Of a stretch of 64,000 nt of DNA, positions 12,565-23,113 are shown piece by piece (position 1 is the stretch's first letter; each line of letters begins with the position of its first letter). The DNA is taken from positions 5,669-69,668 of the forward strand of contig JAJYUP010000003.1 in NCBI GenBank assembly GCA_021792455.1, written 5' to 3'. Under the pieces are notes generated by a model, which saw nothing but the letters and a program-made list of their open reading frames with translations, was not told the DNA's origin and did not search any database. Both the position numbers and the translations under genes were made by a program. The DNA is from Actinomycetes bacterium (GTDB taxonomy: Bacteria; Actinomycetota; Thermoleophilia; Solirubrobacterales; Solirubrobacteraceae).

Positions 12565-15438
12565 GTGTCCATCCTAGACAGAGCCCTGAACATCGGGGAA
12601 GCGAAGAAGTTCAAGGAGTACGAGAGTCGCGTCTCGCGGATCACTGCCTTTGAGCCTGAGCTCGAGCACGACACCGAAGAGGAGCTGAAGGAGCGGATGG
12701 ACCTCCTGCGGGAGCACGCAGGCAAAGGCGAGCCGCTCGATGAGCTGCTGCCAGAGTGCTTCGCAGTCGTGCGTGAGACGGGCAGGCGGCTGCTTGGCAT
12801 GCGCCACTTCGACGTTCAGCTGATCGGTGGGATGGCCCTTCACGACGGCCAGATCGCGGAGATGAAGACCGGTGAGGGCAAGACGCTGACGGCGACCCTC
12901 GCCGTAGTGCTCAACAGCCTCGCGGTGTGGGGTTCTGACCACAGGCGCTCAGGGCAGCGCAAGGGCGTCCACGTCGTCACCGTGAACGACTACCTCGCCC
13001 GGCGCGATGCGGAATGGATGGGCCCGATCTACAACGCGCTTGGCGTCTCTGTGGGGGTCCTGCAGAACATGCAGTCCTATGAGGACAAGCATCAGGCCTA
13101 CAGCTGCGATGTCGTCTACGGCACGAACTCCGAGTTCGGCTTCGACTACCTCAGGGACAACATGGCGAAGGACCTCGCAGAGAAGGTTCAGAGGGGGCAC
13201 CCCTTCGCGATCATCGACGAGGTGGACAACATCCTCATCGACGAGGCGAGGACGCCGCTGATCATCTCTGGCGCCCCTGAACAGGCTGCTGACCTCTACG
13301 CCACCTTTGCGCGCCTCGCACCCACACTGACCCAGGGCAAGACCCCTGAAGGCCTCGATCCGAGGACGAGAAAGGAATTCGTCGCCGACTTCGACTACGA
13401 GGTCGACGAGAAGAACAAGACCGTCTCGATCACTGAGCAGGGCGTCGGCAAGGCGGAGCGCTTCCTCGGCATCGACCATCTCTACAGGGCGGAGAACGGC
13501 CACCTCGTCAACCACCTCATCCAGGCGCTGCGCGCAGAGTCGCTCTACAAGCGCAAAGTCGACTACGAGGTGATCGATGGCGAGGTGAAGATCATCGACG
13601 AGTTCACAGGCAGGATCCTGGAGGGCAGGCGCTGGTCTGAAGGGCTGCACCAGGCCGTCGAGGCGAAGGAGGGGGTGCGCGTCCAGGAGGAGAACCAGAC
13701 GCTTGCGACGATCACCTACCAGAACTACTTCCGCCTCTACGAGAAGCTGTCCGGGATGACGGGGACGGCGCTGACCGAGGCGACGGAGTTCATGAAGATC
13801 TACGAGCTGCCCGTCGTGCAGATCCCGACGAACATGCCGATGGCGCGGGTGGACCGCAACGACCAGGTCTACAAGACGAAGGAGGGCAAGTGGACGGCCG
13901 TCCTCCGGGAGATAGAGGCACGTCACCAGATCGGTCAGCCGGTGCTCGTCGGCACGATCTCCGTAGAGGTCTCTGAGCTTTTGTCCGACCGTTTGAGCAG
14001 GCGCGGGATAAAGCACACCGTGCTGAACGCGAAGCCAGAGCATGCGGCGAGGGAGGCGGACATCATCGCGGAGGCGGGCAGGCCCGGCGCGGTGACGATC
14101 GCGACGAACATGGCAGGTCGCGGCGTCGACATAAAGCTTGGCGGCAACGCTGAGCACATGAGCCACCTCGAGCTGCTGAAGGAGGGGATCGCGCCTGGCG
14201 AAGAGCGATACGACGAGCGCTTTCAGCAGCTTCTGCCATCGATCGAGGAGAGGGTCGCCGCCGATCGCGAGCGCGTGCTCGCCGCCGGCGGGCTGTTCAT
14301 CTGCGGTACGGAGCGCCACGAGAGCAGGCGGATCGACAACCAGCTGCGCGGTCGCTCTGGCCGTCAGGGCGACCCCGGCGAGAGCAGGTTCTTCCTCTCC
14401 GCTGAGGATGACCTGATCAGGCTGTTCGCGGGCGACCGGATCTACAAGATCCTCGATCGTCTCGGCAGCGTCGATGAGGAGGGCAACGAGGAGCCGATCG
14501 AGGCGAAGATGCTCTCGAAGCAGATCGAGAAGGCCCAGCGCAAGGTCGAGGAACAGAACTTCCTCACTCGCAAGCGTGTGCTCGAGTACGACGACGTGAT
14601 GAACGAGCAGCGGCGCATCGTCTACGCCTACAGGGACAACGTTCTCGAAGGCAAGGACATGAGCGAGGAGGCGCGCGAGCAGATCGACGCCGTCATACAG
14701 CGCACGATCGAGCAGCACACTGAAGAGGAATACGTCGAGGACTGGGATCTCGACGGGATGCTGCTGGCGCTCGAACAGTTCTTCCCGCTCGAGATCGGAT
14801 CTGATGAGCTCGACCGTGAAGGGCTCGACCGGATCACGCTGGCAGAGGAGATCTCAAAGAGTGCGATGGAGCGCTATGAGCAGCGCGAAGATGAGCTTGG
14901 GCCGGAGCTGATGAGGGCGCTCGAGCGCTTCCTGCTGTTGCAGGTCATCGACGAGCGCTGGCGCGAGCACCTCTATGACATGGACTATCTGCGCGAGGGC
15001 ATCCATCTGCGCGGGTTCGCGCAGATCGACCCGCTCGTCGCCTACAAGAACGAGGCATACACGCTCTTCAACGACCTGATGAACACGATCTGGACCGACT
15101 TCGCTCGGATGATCTTCAACGTGCAGGTGAGCGTGCAGGAGCAGGGCGGTCCCCCCGCGCCGCCGCCGTTGCCGCTTGCAGCCGCTGGCAGTGCGACTGC
15201 GCCAGGCAGGGTCTCCTACTCAGGCGGCAGCACCGTGATGGGCGCAGGCGCGATCGCGGCGGCGGCGATGGCTGCCGGCGCGGGCGAAGCCGGCGGCGAG
15301 CTGCCGCAGCAGCCTTCAGAGCTCGCGGAGGCTCTGATCGTTGAGCAGCGCACCGTAGACGCAGAGCACCAGCTGGGGCGAAACGAGCCATGCTGGTGCG
15401 GCAGCGGGAAGAAGTTCAAGAAGTGCCATGGCGCGTAG
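12565..15438 (+). CDS. secA: Preprotein translocase subunit SecA
   Basis: MKTGEGKT, VTVNDYLA, DEVDNILIDEARTPLIISG, QLRGRSGRQGDPG, SEC-C motif CWCGSGKKFKKCH; start GTG 12565 inferred. Confidence 0.99.
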   Translation: MSILDRALNIGEAKKFKEYESRVSRITAFEPELEHDTEEELKERMDLLREHAGKGEPLDELLPECFAVVRETGRRLLGMRHFDVQLIGGMALHDGQIAEMKTGEGKTLTATLAVVLNSLAVWGSDHRRSGQRKGVHVVTVNDYLARRDAEWMGPIYNALGVSVGVLQNMQSYEDKHQAYSCDVVYGTNSEFGFDYLRDNMAKDLAEKVQRGHPFAIIDEVDNILIDEARTPLIISGAPEQAADLYATFARLAPTLTQGKTPEGLDPRTRKEFVADFDYEVDEKNKTVSITEQGVGKAERFLGIDHLYRAENGHLVNHLIQALRAESLYKRKVDYEVIDGEVKIIDEFTGRILEGRRWSEGLHQAVEAKEGVRVQEENQTLATITYQNYFRLYEKLSGMTGTALTEATEFMKIYELPVVQIPTNMPMARVDRNDQVYKTKEGKWTAVLREIEARHQIGQPVLVGTISVEVSELLSDRLSRRGIKHTVLNAKPEHAAREADIIAEAGRPGAVTIATNMAGRGVDIKLGGNAEHMSHLELLKEGIAPGEERYDERFQQLLPSIEERVAADRERVLAAGGLFICGTERHESRRIDNQLRGRSGRQGDPGESRFFLSAEDDLIRLFAGDRIYKILDRLGSVDEEGNEEPIEAKMLSKQIEKAQRKVEEQNFLTRKRVLEYDDVMNEQRRIVYAYRDNVLEGKDMSEEAREQIDAVIQRTIEQHTEEEYVEDWDLDGMLLALEQFFPLEIGSDELDREGLDRITLAEEISKSAMERYEQREDELGPELMRALERFLLLQVIDERWREHLYDMDYLREGIHLRGFAQIDPLVAYKNEAYTLFNDLMNTIWTDFARMIFNVQVSVQEQGGPPAPPPLPLAAAGSATAPGRVSYSGGSTVMGAGAIAAAAMAAGAGEAGGELPQQPSELAEALIVEQRTVDAEHQLGRNEPCWCGSGKKFKKCHGA

Positions 15439-15459
15439 GCGCTGATATCGTCCACGCAG

Positions 15460-16570
15460 ATGCCAAGCGCCCCTTCTGAGTCGACGCCCCAGCGTCTTCA
15501 GTCAGTCCGCGATCAGCTGAAGCTGCTCGCGGACTATCTTTGACCCTCCTGCGCTGCGGGAGCGCTGCGGCGCCCTCGAGGAGCGGATGGAAGACCCATC
15601 CTTCTGGGAGGATGCAGAGAGCGCGGCGAGGCTCTCATCCGAGCATGCGAGGTTGTCGAGGCGCCTTAGGACCTTCGATGAGCTGAGCAGCGATATCGAG
15701 GAAATCGACGGGCTGATCGAGCTTGCCCTCGACGACGAGGGCATCGCGAGCGAGCTCGAGGAGCATCTGGAGCAGATCGAGCGCAAGCTCGGGGCGCTCG
15801 AGGAGCAGCGGCTGTTCTCAGGGGACTACGACGCCGGCGATGCGCTCGTGAGCGTGAACGCAGGCGCAGGCGGCACCGACGCCCAGGACTGGGCGGAGAT
15901 GGTGCTGCGCATGGAGATGCGCTACGCGGAGAGCAGGGGCTTCACCGTGGAGCTTCTCGAGGTGAGCGCAGGCGAGGAAGCTGGGGTGAAGTCGGCGACT
16001 TTCAGGGTGGATGGGGAGAACGCCTATGGGGTGTTCGGCGCTGAGCGCGGGGTGCACAGGCTCGTGCGCCTCTCGCCATTCGACGCGGCCCACCGTCGCC
16101 AGACGAGCTTCGCGGGCGTCGAGGTTGCCCCTGTCGTCGAGGATGCGGGCGAGATCGAGATATCAGAGGACGATCTGCAGATCGACACCTACAGGGCCTC
16201 AGGCGCAGGTGGGCAGCACGTCAACAAGACGGACTCCGCGGTGAGGATCACCCACAGGCCGACAGGGATCGTCGTGCAGTGCCAGAACGAGCGCTCACAG
16301 TCGGCGAACAAGGCGACGGCGATGAAGATGCTCGCCTCGAAGCTGCTGGAGCGCAGGGAGCGCGAACGGGAAGCGGAGATCGCCCGCGAGAAGGGAGAGG
16401 CCCAGGACGTGAACTTCGGGTCGCAGATCCGCTCCTATGTGCTGCATCCATACACGCTCGTGAAGGACCACCGCACAGGGGTGGAGGTCGGCGATGTGCA
16501 GCGCGTGCTCGACGGCGATCTCGATCGGTTCGTGCGCGCCTATCTCTTGACAGCGGCAGCAAAGCGCTGA
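15460..16570 (+). CDS. prfB: Peptide chain release factor 2, translated through a +1 programmed frameshift at CTT-TGA-C (15538-15544)
   Basis: ATG 15460 gives 27 codons ending YL-stop; +1 frame continues DPPALRER into the ORF containing SPF and GGQ motifs. Confidence 0.96.
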
Positions 16571-16636
16571 GCTGCCGCTCTGCGGCAGGCAATCTCCAAC
16601 CCGCCGACATCTGCGCCGCTTTCATATCCTCTCTGC

Positions 16637-17476
16637 ATGCAGGCGGCAACTCTCACAGAGCTCGTGGAAAGGGCTCTCGCTGAGGATGTCGGCTCCGGCG
16701 ATGTGACGACGGAGGCGACGGTCCCTGCAGACGCGCGTGCAAGCGCGCTGATCAGCCAGAAGGAGCCTGGCGCGATCCACGGCCTCGAGGCGGCGGAGAC
16801 GGCGTTCAGGCTGCTCGACCGGAAGGTGCGGCTCGAGCGGCTCGTGCAGGAGGGGCGCTGGCGCGGCGACGGGCCTGTGCTCGCGGTCGAAGGGTGCGCG
16901 AGGGCGCTGCTGAGCGCTGAGCGGACGGCTCTGAACTTCCTCTCCCATCTCTCAGGCGTAGCGACGCTCGCCGCCCGCGCTGTCGAGGCGGTGCGGGGAA
17001 CACCGGCGAAGGTGCTCGACACCCGCAAGACGACACCAGGACTGAGAGCGCTCGAGAAGGAAGCCGTGCGGGCCGGCGGTGCGCTGAATCACAGGCAGGG
17101 GCTCTACGACGGGATCCTGATAAAGGAGAACCACATCGCCGCCGCCGGCGGCATCGCCGCCGCCGTCATCCTCGCAAGGGAACGTGCCCCAGCCCTCGCT
17201 GGCGCGCTGCAGGTTGAGGTGCGCAACGAGCTCGAGACGGAGGAGGCGCTGCGCGCGGGCGCGCCGCGCCTCCTGCTCGACAACATGAGCGTGCAGCAGC
17301 TGCGCGCCGCAGTCGAGCAGGTGGCTGGCAGGGCGACGCTCGAGGCGAGTGGAGGCATGAGGCTCGAGCGCCTGAGGGAGGTCGCCGAGACAGGGGTAGA
17401 CTTCATCTCGATAGGTGCGTTGACACACTCTGCGCCAGCCCTCGACCTCTCGATGATCCTGCAACAGGCGAGATGA
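16637..17476 (+). CDS. nadC: Nicotinate-nucleotide pyrophosphorylase (quinolinate phosphoribosyltransferase)
   Basis: [32 protein letters not shown]. Confidence 0.97.
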   Translation: MQAATLTELVERALAEDVGSGDVTTEATVPADARASALISQKEPGAIHGLEAAETAFRLLDRKVRLERLVQEGRWRGDGPVLAVEGCARALLSAERTALNFLSHLSGVATLAARAVEAVRGTPAKVLDTRKTTPGLRALEKEAVRAGGALNHRQGLYDGILIKENHIAAAGGIAAAVILARERAPALAGALQVEVRNELETEEALRAGAPRLLLDNMSVQQLRAAVEQVAGRATLEASGGMRLERLREVAETGVDFISIGALTHSAPALDLSMILQQAR

Positions 17477-18564
17477 ACCTGCCAATCGGCAAGACGGAAG
17501 GCGACGCTCGCGCGCGACGCGCCGCCGGGGTGCCCTCGATCGCGCTGCCTGAGCGCGCAGGTGCGACGGAGGACCCTGAGCGAACAGCCGCCCTCCAAGA
17601 GCAGGTGAGGCAGCTCGCGGCGGAGCGCGACGCCCTGATCCTCGCCCACAACTACCAGCTGCCTGAGATTCAGGACGTTGCGGACTTCATCGGCGACTCG
17701 CTCGCGCTCTCTCGGAAGGCGGCGAGCGCGAGCCAGCAGACGATCGTCTTCTGCGGGGTGCACTTCATGGCGGAGACCGCCTGCGTGCTCTGCCCAGAGA
17801 AGACTGTCCTCATCCCCGACCTGGCGGCAGGCTGCTCGCTTGCGGACACGATCGATGCGGCGCAGCTGCGGGCCTGGAAGGAGCAGCACCCTGAGGCGAT
17901 CGTCGTGATGTACGTGAACACCTCCGCAGAGGTGAAGGCGCTGACCGACTACTGCTGCACATCTGCGAACGCGGTCGATGTCGTCGCCCACATCTACGAG
18001 ACCCGCGGCGAGGACGTCGAGATCCTGTTCGGGCCTGACATGTGGCTCGGCTCCTACGTGGAGAAGAGCCTCGGGCGCAAGATGCACATCTGGGATGGGG
18101 AGTGCCACGTGCATGCATCCATCCGGCCTGCTGACATCGAGCGCACGATGGCAGAGCACGCCGATGCCGACCTGCTCGTTCACCCAGAGTGCGGGTGCAC
18201 GACGAGCGTGATGGAGTATCTCGCATCGGGGGAGCTCCCCGAAGGGCGCGTGAAGATGCTCTCAACAGGCGGGATGCTCTCCTACGCAAGCGGGGCGGCA
18301 AACGGAGGGGGGGGTGCGTGTGGGGGAGGTGAGAAGGAGGTGCTCGTCGCGACCGAGACGGGCATGCTTCACCCGCTGCGTCGTGCTGCTCCTGGGGTGA
18401 GCTTTCTGCCTGTGCATGCGGAGGCGAGCTGCAGGTTCATGAAGATGATCACCTTGCAAAAGCTGCGCGACTGCCTGCAGAGTGGGCGCTTCGAGGTCGA
18501 GGTCGACAGCGAGATCGCAGCGGCGGCACGCCTGCCGATCGACCGGATGATCGCGATCGGCTGA
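17473..18564 (+). CDS. nadA: Quinolinate synthase
   Basis: [29 protein letters not shown]. Confidence 0.97.
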   Translation: MNLPIGKTEGDARARRAAGVPSIALPERAGATEDPERTAALQEQVRQLAAERDALILAHNYQLPEIQDVADFIGDSLALSRKAASASQQTIVFCGVHFMAETACVLCPEKTVLIPDLAAGCSLADTIDAAQLRAWKEQHPEAIVVMYVNTSAEVKALTDYCCTSANAVDVVAHIYETRGEDVEILFGPDMWLGSYVEKSLGRKMHIWDGECHVHASIRPADIERTMAEHADADLLVHPECGCTTSVMEYLASGELPEGRVKMLSTGGMLSYASGAANGGGGACGGGEKEVLVATETGMLHPLRRAAPGVSFLPVHAEASCRFMKMITLQKLRDCLQSGRFEVEVDSEIAAAARLPIDRMIAIG

Positions 18565-18591
18565 CGACGCCATCCCCGTGGGCGTCCTGCC

Positions 18592-19848
18592 TCACGCCTG
18601 TTCGAACTCCTCGGCCTGATGGGGCCCTACGCAGGCGATCGCAAGCCGCTCGCTGATCCCCGCCGCGACCTCGCACACCTCCTGATGGGTGACGGCGTCG
18701 AGCGCTGCGACAGCGGCGTCAGGGTCTGTGTCCTGCCCGAAGACGATCGCCTCCCCTGCGGCGTGACGTGCGACGGCTCCTGTGCTCTCGAACGCGAGCA
18801 CGAGCCTGCCCGCCGCGTAAGCTTTCGCGCGCGCAACCTCCTCCTCCGTTGGGCGATCTCGCAGCTGCTGCACGATCTCGGCCATCCGCTTGAACGCCTC
18901 GATGCACTTGCTCGAGTCGAGTCCTGAGCCGAGCTGGAGGATCGGCACGTCCGCGAAGGCGTGATCGAAGGCATAGACGGAGTAGCAGAGGCCGCGCTTC
19001 TCCCGGATCTCCTCGAACAGGCGCGAACCCATCGATCCGCCAAGCAGAGTCGCATAGATGCTGAGTGCAGCCCGCTGCCTGACGTCGCTGACATCGATCG
19101 ATGGCTGATAGATCATCCGCAGGTGCGACTGGTTGGTCTGCCTGTGCTGAACGAGCGTTCGCCCCAGCAGCGAAGGCGCCGGCAGGTACGGCTCTGGGTC
19201 GGGGAGAGCGGGGAAGCGGGAGAGCATCTCATCGATCTCAGCGGCCTCGGGCAGGTGATCGAGGTTGCCGGCGAAGAATGCACCCCCCCTCTGCGGCGCC
19301 CACCGCCGTGCCCTGAACTGTGTGATCGTCTCGCGCTCGAACGTGCGCAGATGCTCGGCCGGTCCGAGCACGGTGCGTCCAAGCGGATGCTCGCCAAAGG
19401 CCGCTTCATCGATGAGGTGCTCAGCGACTGTGGATGGCTGGTCGTAGGCACGGTTGATCTCCTGGATGACGACACCCCGCTCTCTGTCGATCTCCTCTGG
19501 CCGGAGGCGGGGCATCGCGACGAAGTCCGTGAGCAGGTCGAGCGCGGCTGGTGCCGCCTCCGCGCGGACCGTGATGTGGAAGGCGACGAGATCGTGGCTT
19601 GTGTAGGCGTTGAGCACGCCGCCAAGTCGCTCAGCCGTCTGGTTGATCTCGCGATGCGTCGGATATCTCTCGCCACCCTTGAAGACGAGGTGCTCGAGGA
19701 AGTGGGCGACGCCGTTCTCCTCCGCGCGCTCTGTGCGCGCTCCAGCGTCGAAGGCGAGCAGGATCGTCACCGCCCTCGTTCCCGGCAGCTGAAGGAGGTG
19801 CAGCGGCATCCCGTTCGACGGTATCGATCTGGAACTGACGGTTGCCAT
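18592..19848 (-). CDS. M16 (pitrilysin-family) zinc peptidase
   Basis: HFLEH (HxxEH) motif, NAYTS, SRLFEEIREKRGLCY. Confidence 0.93.
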   Translation of the reverse strand: MATVSSRSIPSNGMPLHLLQLPGTRAVTILLAFDAGARTERAEENGVAHFLEHLVFKGGERYPTHREINQTAERLGGVLNAYTSHDLVAFHITVRAEAAPAALDLLTDFVAMPRLRPEEIDRERGVVIQEINRAYDQPSTVAEHLIDEAAFGEHPLGRTVLGPAEHLRTFERETITQFRARRWAPQRGGAFFAGNLDHLPEAAEIDEMLSRFPALPDPEPYLPAPSLLGRTLVQHRQTNQSHLRMIYQPSIDVSDVRQRAALSIYATLLGGSMGSRLFEEIREKRGLCYSVYAFDHAFADVPILQLGSGLDSSKCIEAFKRMAEIVQQLRDRPTEEEVARAKAYAAGRLVLAFESTGAVARHAAGEAIVFGQDTDPDAAVAALDAVTHQEVCEVAAGISERLAIACVGPHQAEEFEQA

Positions 19849-19877
19849 CGCCCTGCACAATAGTCTCTGTTGTCCTG

Positions 19878-21071
19878 ATGTCAGCCGTTCGTCGCCAGGT
19901 CCTGCTCGTTGCGCTCTCGATTGCAGCGGTGCTCGGGCTGCTCGCGCTTGGCCTGTGGCTCGGCGGCCATCCCGAACAGCTCCCTGGGTTCCTGCGCAGC
20001 GCCTTCGTGTCAGGGCCGAAGGTTCAGCCGATCGACGAATCGATCGAAATCATCACGAAAAGCTACTACCGGCCTGTGCGAGAGCGCTCGCTGTTGACCG
20101 CTTCGATCGACGGCATGGTTGCAAGCCTGCATGATCCCTACTCCGACTACCTGAGCCCAAGCGAACTGAAGAGCTTCGAGAAGCCGTCGACCTTCACGGG
20201 GATCGGCGTCTCCGTGAGGCAGGCGAAGCAGGGGCTTCTGATCCTGCACGTCTTCAACGAGTCCCCAGCGATGCGGGCGGGCCTTCAAGCCGGCGATGTG
20301 ATCGTGAAGGCGGATGGCCGCACGCTGAGCGCACTGCCCATCGATGAGTCGGTGAACCTGATAAAGGGCCCACCTGGGAGCGATGTGCAGCTGGAGATCT
20401 CACGTGAAGGGCGCACCCGAGCGGTGACGATCACGCGGGAGACGATCTCTGCGCCCGTCGTCGCCTCAGAGATGCGCACCTACGAGCACGTGAAGCTCGG
20501 GTGGGTATACCTCGCGAGCTTCAGCGAAGGCTCACATGGTCAGGTCGCAGAAGCTGTCCACTCCCTGCTGCGGCAGGGGGCGAGGGGCCTCGTGCTCGAT
20601 CTGCGCGGCAACGGGGGCGGGCTCGTCAGCGAAGCGCAGCTGATCGCGAGCCTGTTCCTGGCACGGGGGGATGTGATCGTGACGACGAAGGGGCGCGCGC
20701 AGCCGACGGTTGTGCTGAGGGCGCTTGGCGGCAACATCCCAACCTCGATCCCCCTCGTCGTGCTCGTCGATGAAGGCACCGCATCAGCGTCGGAGATCCT
20801 CACCGCTGCGCTGCAGGATGATCATCGCGCGACCGTCGTCGGCACCCACACCTACGGCAAGGGGGTCTTCCAGGAGCTCGAGCCGCTTGCGAACGGTGGC
20901 GGCCTGAAGATCACGGTCGGCGAGTACTTCACCCCCGACGGGCGCAACCTCGGGGGCGGCGGGGTGAAGAGGGGCGCGGGCATCACGCCAGAAGTGCAGG
21001 TTGCAAGAGGTGTCGACACCAACCACGGCCTGCAGGTCGCGCTGCAGACGCTTGTGAGCAGGCTGCGATGA
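19878..21071 (+). CDS. S41 carboxy-terminal processing protease with PDZ domain
   Basis: N-terminal TM, GIGV PDZ motif, DLRGNGGG, TASASEI, TYGKG. Confidence 0.93.
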   Translation: MSAVRRQVLLVALSIAAVLGLLALGLWLGGHPEQLPGFLRSAFVSGPKVQPIDESIEIITKSYYRPVRERSLLTASIDGMVASLHDPYSDYLSPSELKSFEKPSTFTGIGVSVRQAKQGLLILHVFNESPAMRAGLQAGDVIVKADGRTLSALPIDESVNLIKGPPGSDVQLEISREGRTRAVTITRETISAPVVASEMRTYEHVKLGWVYLASFSEGSHGQVAEAVHSLLRQGARGLVLDLRGNGGGLVSEAQLIASLFLARGDVIVTTKGRAQPTVVLRALGGNIPTSIPLVVLVDEGTASASEILTAALQDDHRATVVGTHTYGKGVFQELEPLANGGGLKITVGEYFTPDGRNLGGGGVKRGAGITPEVQVARGVDTNHGLQVALQTLVSRLR

Positions 21072-21084
21072 GGCGCCCCGCTCC

Positions 21085-23010
21085 TTGATCTGGACGGTTC
21101 CCGCGATCCTGCAGCGCAAGGGCCGGTTCTGGGTTGCTGAGCCGATGTTCGCCGCGCCTGCGCGCGGGGAGGGGCGCGACCGCCGGCTCGCAGCCCGGCT
21201 GCCACTGCCCTCAAACCGCATCGCAGGGAAGGGCGGCGCCGCAGCGAGGGAGGGCGACATCGTGCTCGTGCAGCTGCCAAAGGCGCGCCATCGACGCGCC
21301 GATGCTCGCAGGGGCGGGGCGAGGCCTGAGCTGCTGCGCGTGATCGGACGTCCAGAGGTTGCATCCGACGTGATCGAGGCGCTGATGCTGAACGCAGGCC
21401 TGCGCCGCGGCTTCCCAGGCAGCGTGGAGGAGGAGGCGCGGCAGGCGAGTCGTGGAGGGCGAGCGCGCTCAGGCCGCAGGGACCTGCGAGAGCTTCTCAC
21501 CTTCACGATCGATCCGCGAAGCGCGAAGGACTTCGACGACGCGATCTCAGCGCAGCGGCTCGGAGGCGGCGTGGCGCGGATCTGGGTGCACATCGCGGAC
21601 GTCGCCGCCTACGTGACAGAGGGCTCTGCTCTCGATGAGGAGGCGCGTCGCCGCGCGCTGAGCGTCTACCCGCCGGGTGCCGTCGAGCCGATGCTGCCAC
21701 CTGCGCTCTCAGAGCAGGCCTGCTCGCTGATCCCTGGCGAGGACAGGCTTGCAGTCACCGTCGAGATGACGATCGAGGGCGCCGCGCTGAGAAGCAGCTC
21801 CTTCTACCGGTCAGTCATCCGTTCAGATGCGCGGCTCGACTACGACCGCGTCGACAGGATCTTCGCCGGATCTGAGCGCGCTGAGGGACCGTGGGCCGAG
21901 CCGCTGCAGACCGCGCGCGAGGTCGCCGCGGCGCTGCGTGCGCAGCGTGAGCAGCGCGCCGGCGCAATCACGCTGAACGCCGCAGAGCCTGAGTTCAGCT
22001 TCGACGCCACCGGGCAGGTCACTGAGATCACGGCGCGCATCCAGACGGAGTCCCACTCGCTGATCGAGCAGCTGATGATCGCGGCGAACGAGGCGGTCGC
22101 GCAGCACCTGCAGCAGCGGAGGGTGCCCTGCCTCTACAGGGTGCATGAGCAGCCGAAGCCAGAGCGCGTGGAGGCGCTGATCGACCAGCTCGCCTCGCTG
22201 AACGTCCCGACGCCGCCGCTGGCCGAGGGCCTGTCCCCTTCGCAGGCGGGAGATCTGATCGCCGATGCCTCCCGCCTGGTCGAGGCGCACCTGCGCGGTG
22301 CGGTGGCCCGCGCGCGCGCAGGTGATCGGTCGATCCCAGCGAGCGGCGGCAGGCTCGCCCTGAGCGCGCTGCTGCTGCGTGCCCTGCAGCAGGCGGCATA
22401 CTCCCCGAGAAACATCGGCCACGCAGGTCTCGGCTCGACCTGCTATTGCCACTTCACCTCGCCGATCCGGCGCTACCCAGACATCATCTGCCACAGGGCG
22501 CTGCTGAGCAGCATTGGGGCGGGGGAGCAGGCGCCGCAGGCCTCTTCGCTGACAGAGCTCGGCGTCTGGGTCTCAGAGCGCGAGCGGGAGGCGATGGGGA
22601 TCGAACGGGACGCGGGAGGCGTTGCGCGAGCGTTCGCCCTGCAGTCGCTGCTGCTGGAGGAGGGCTTCGATCAGCCCTTCGATGGCGAGATCGTGGGGCT
22701 GATCTCCGCCGGCGCGTTCGCAGCCTTCGGGCCGACGGTGCGATCTGCTCCTGAGCTTGGAGCTGCTGCGCCCGCCTTTGAGGGGATGCTGCCTGTGCGC
22801 ACGCTTCGCAGCGCCGACGGAGAGCGGGACTGGTGGACGCTGAACGAGCAGGGCACGGTCCTCTCAGGGGAACGCACAGGGCGGACGCTGCGCCTCGGAT
22901 CCGCCGTCTCAGTTCGCGTCGCGCGAGTAGAGCCCATCCGCGGCCGTGTCGACCTGATGATGTTGAGCGCTGAGATGCCTGCGGCAGATCGCCGTGCGCT
23001 GAGGTGCTGA
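21085..23010 (+). CDS. rnr: RNase R / RNB-family exoribonuclease
   Basis: TIDPRSAKDFDDA, HFTSPIRRYPD, C-terminal S1-like domain; upstream of smpB. Confidence 0.88.
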   Translation: MIWTVPAILQRKGRFWVAEPMFAAPARGEGRDRRLAARLPLPSNRIAGKGGAAAREGDIVLVQLPKARHRRADARRGGARPELLRVIGRPEVASDVIEALMLNAGLRRGFPGSVEEEARQASRGGRARSGRRDLRELLTFTIDPRSAKDFDDAISAQRLGGGVARIWVHIADVAAYVTEGSALDEEARRRALSVYPPGAVEPMLPPALSEQACSLIPGEDRLAVTVEMTIEGAALRSSSFYRSVIRSDARLDYDRVDRIFAGSERAEGPWAEPLQTAREVAAALRAQREQRAGAITLNAAEPEFSFDATGQVTEITARIQTESHSLIEQLMIAANEAVAQHLQQRRVPCLYRVHEQPKPERVEALIDQLASLNVPTPPLAEGLSPSQAGDLIADASRLVEAHLRGAVARARAGDRSIPASGGRLALSALLLRALQQAAYSPRNIGHAGLGSTCYCHFTSPIRRYPDIICHRALLSSIGAGEQAPQASSLTELGVWVSEREREAMGIERDAGGVARAFALQSLLLEEGFDQPFDGEIVGLISAGAFAAFGPTVRSAPELGAAAPAFEGMLPVRTLRSADGERDWWTLNEQGTVLSGERTGRTLRLGSAVSVRVARVEPIRGRVDLMMLSAEMPAADRRALRC

Positions 23011-23058
23011 GCGCTGAGATGCCTGCGGCAGATCGCCGTGCGCTGAGGTGCTGAGCGC
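22964..23058 (+). repeat. Exact 44-bp tandem duplication across the rnr stop codon
   Basis: TGAGCGCTGAGATGCCTGCGGCAGATCGCCGTGCGCTGAGGTGC at 22964 and 23008, plus TGAGCGC. Confidence 0.95.
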
Positions 23059-23113
23059 CGCGCGTGCGCCGTGACGAGGCGTTCGACGAGGCGCAGGGTA
23101 GGCTCATGGTGCG

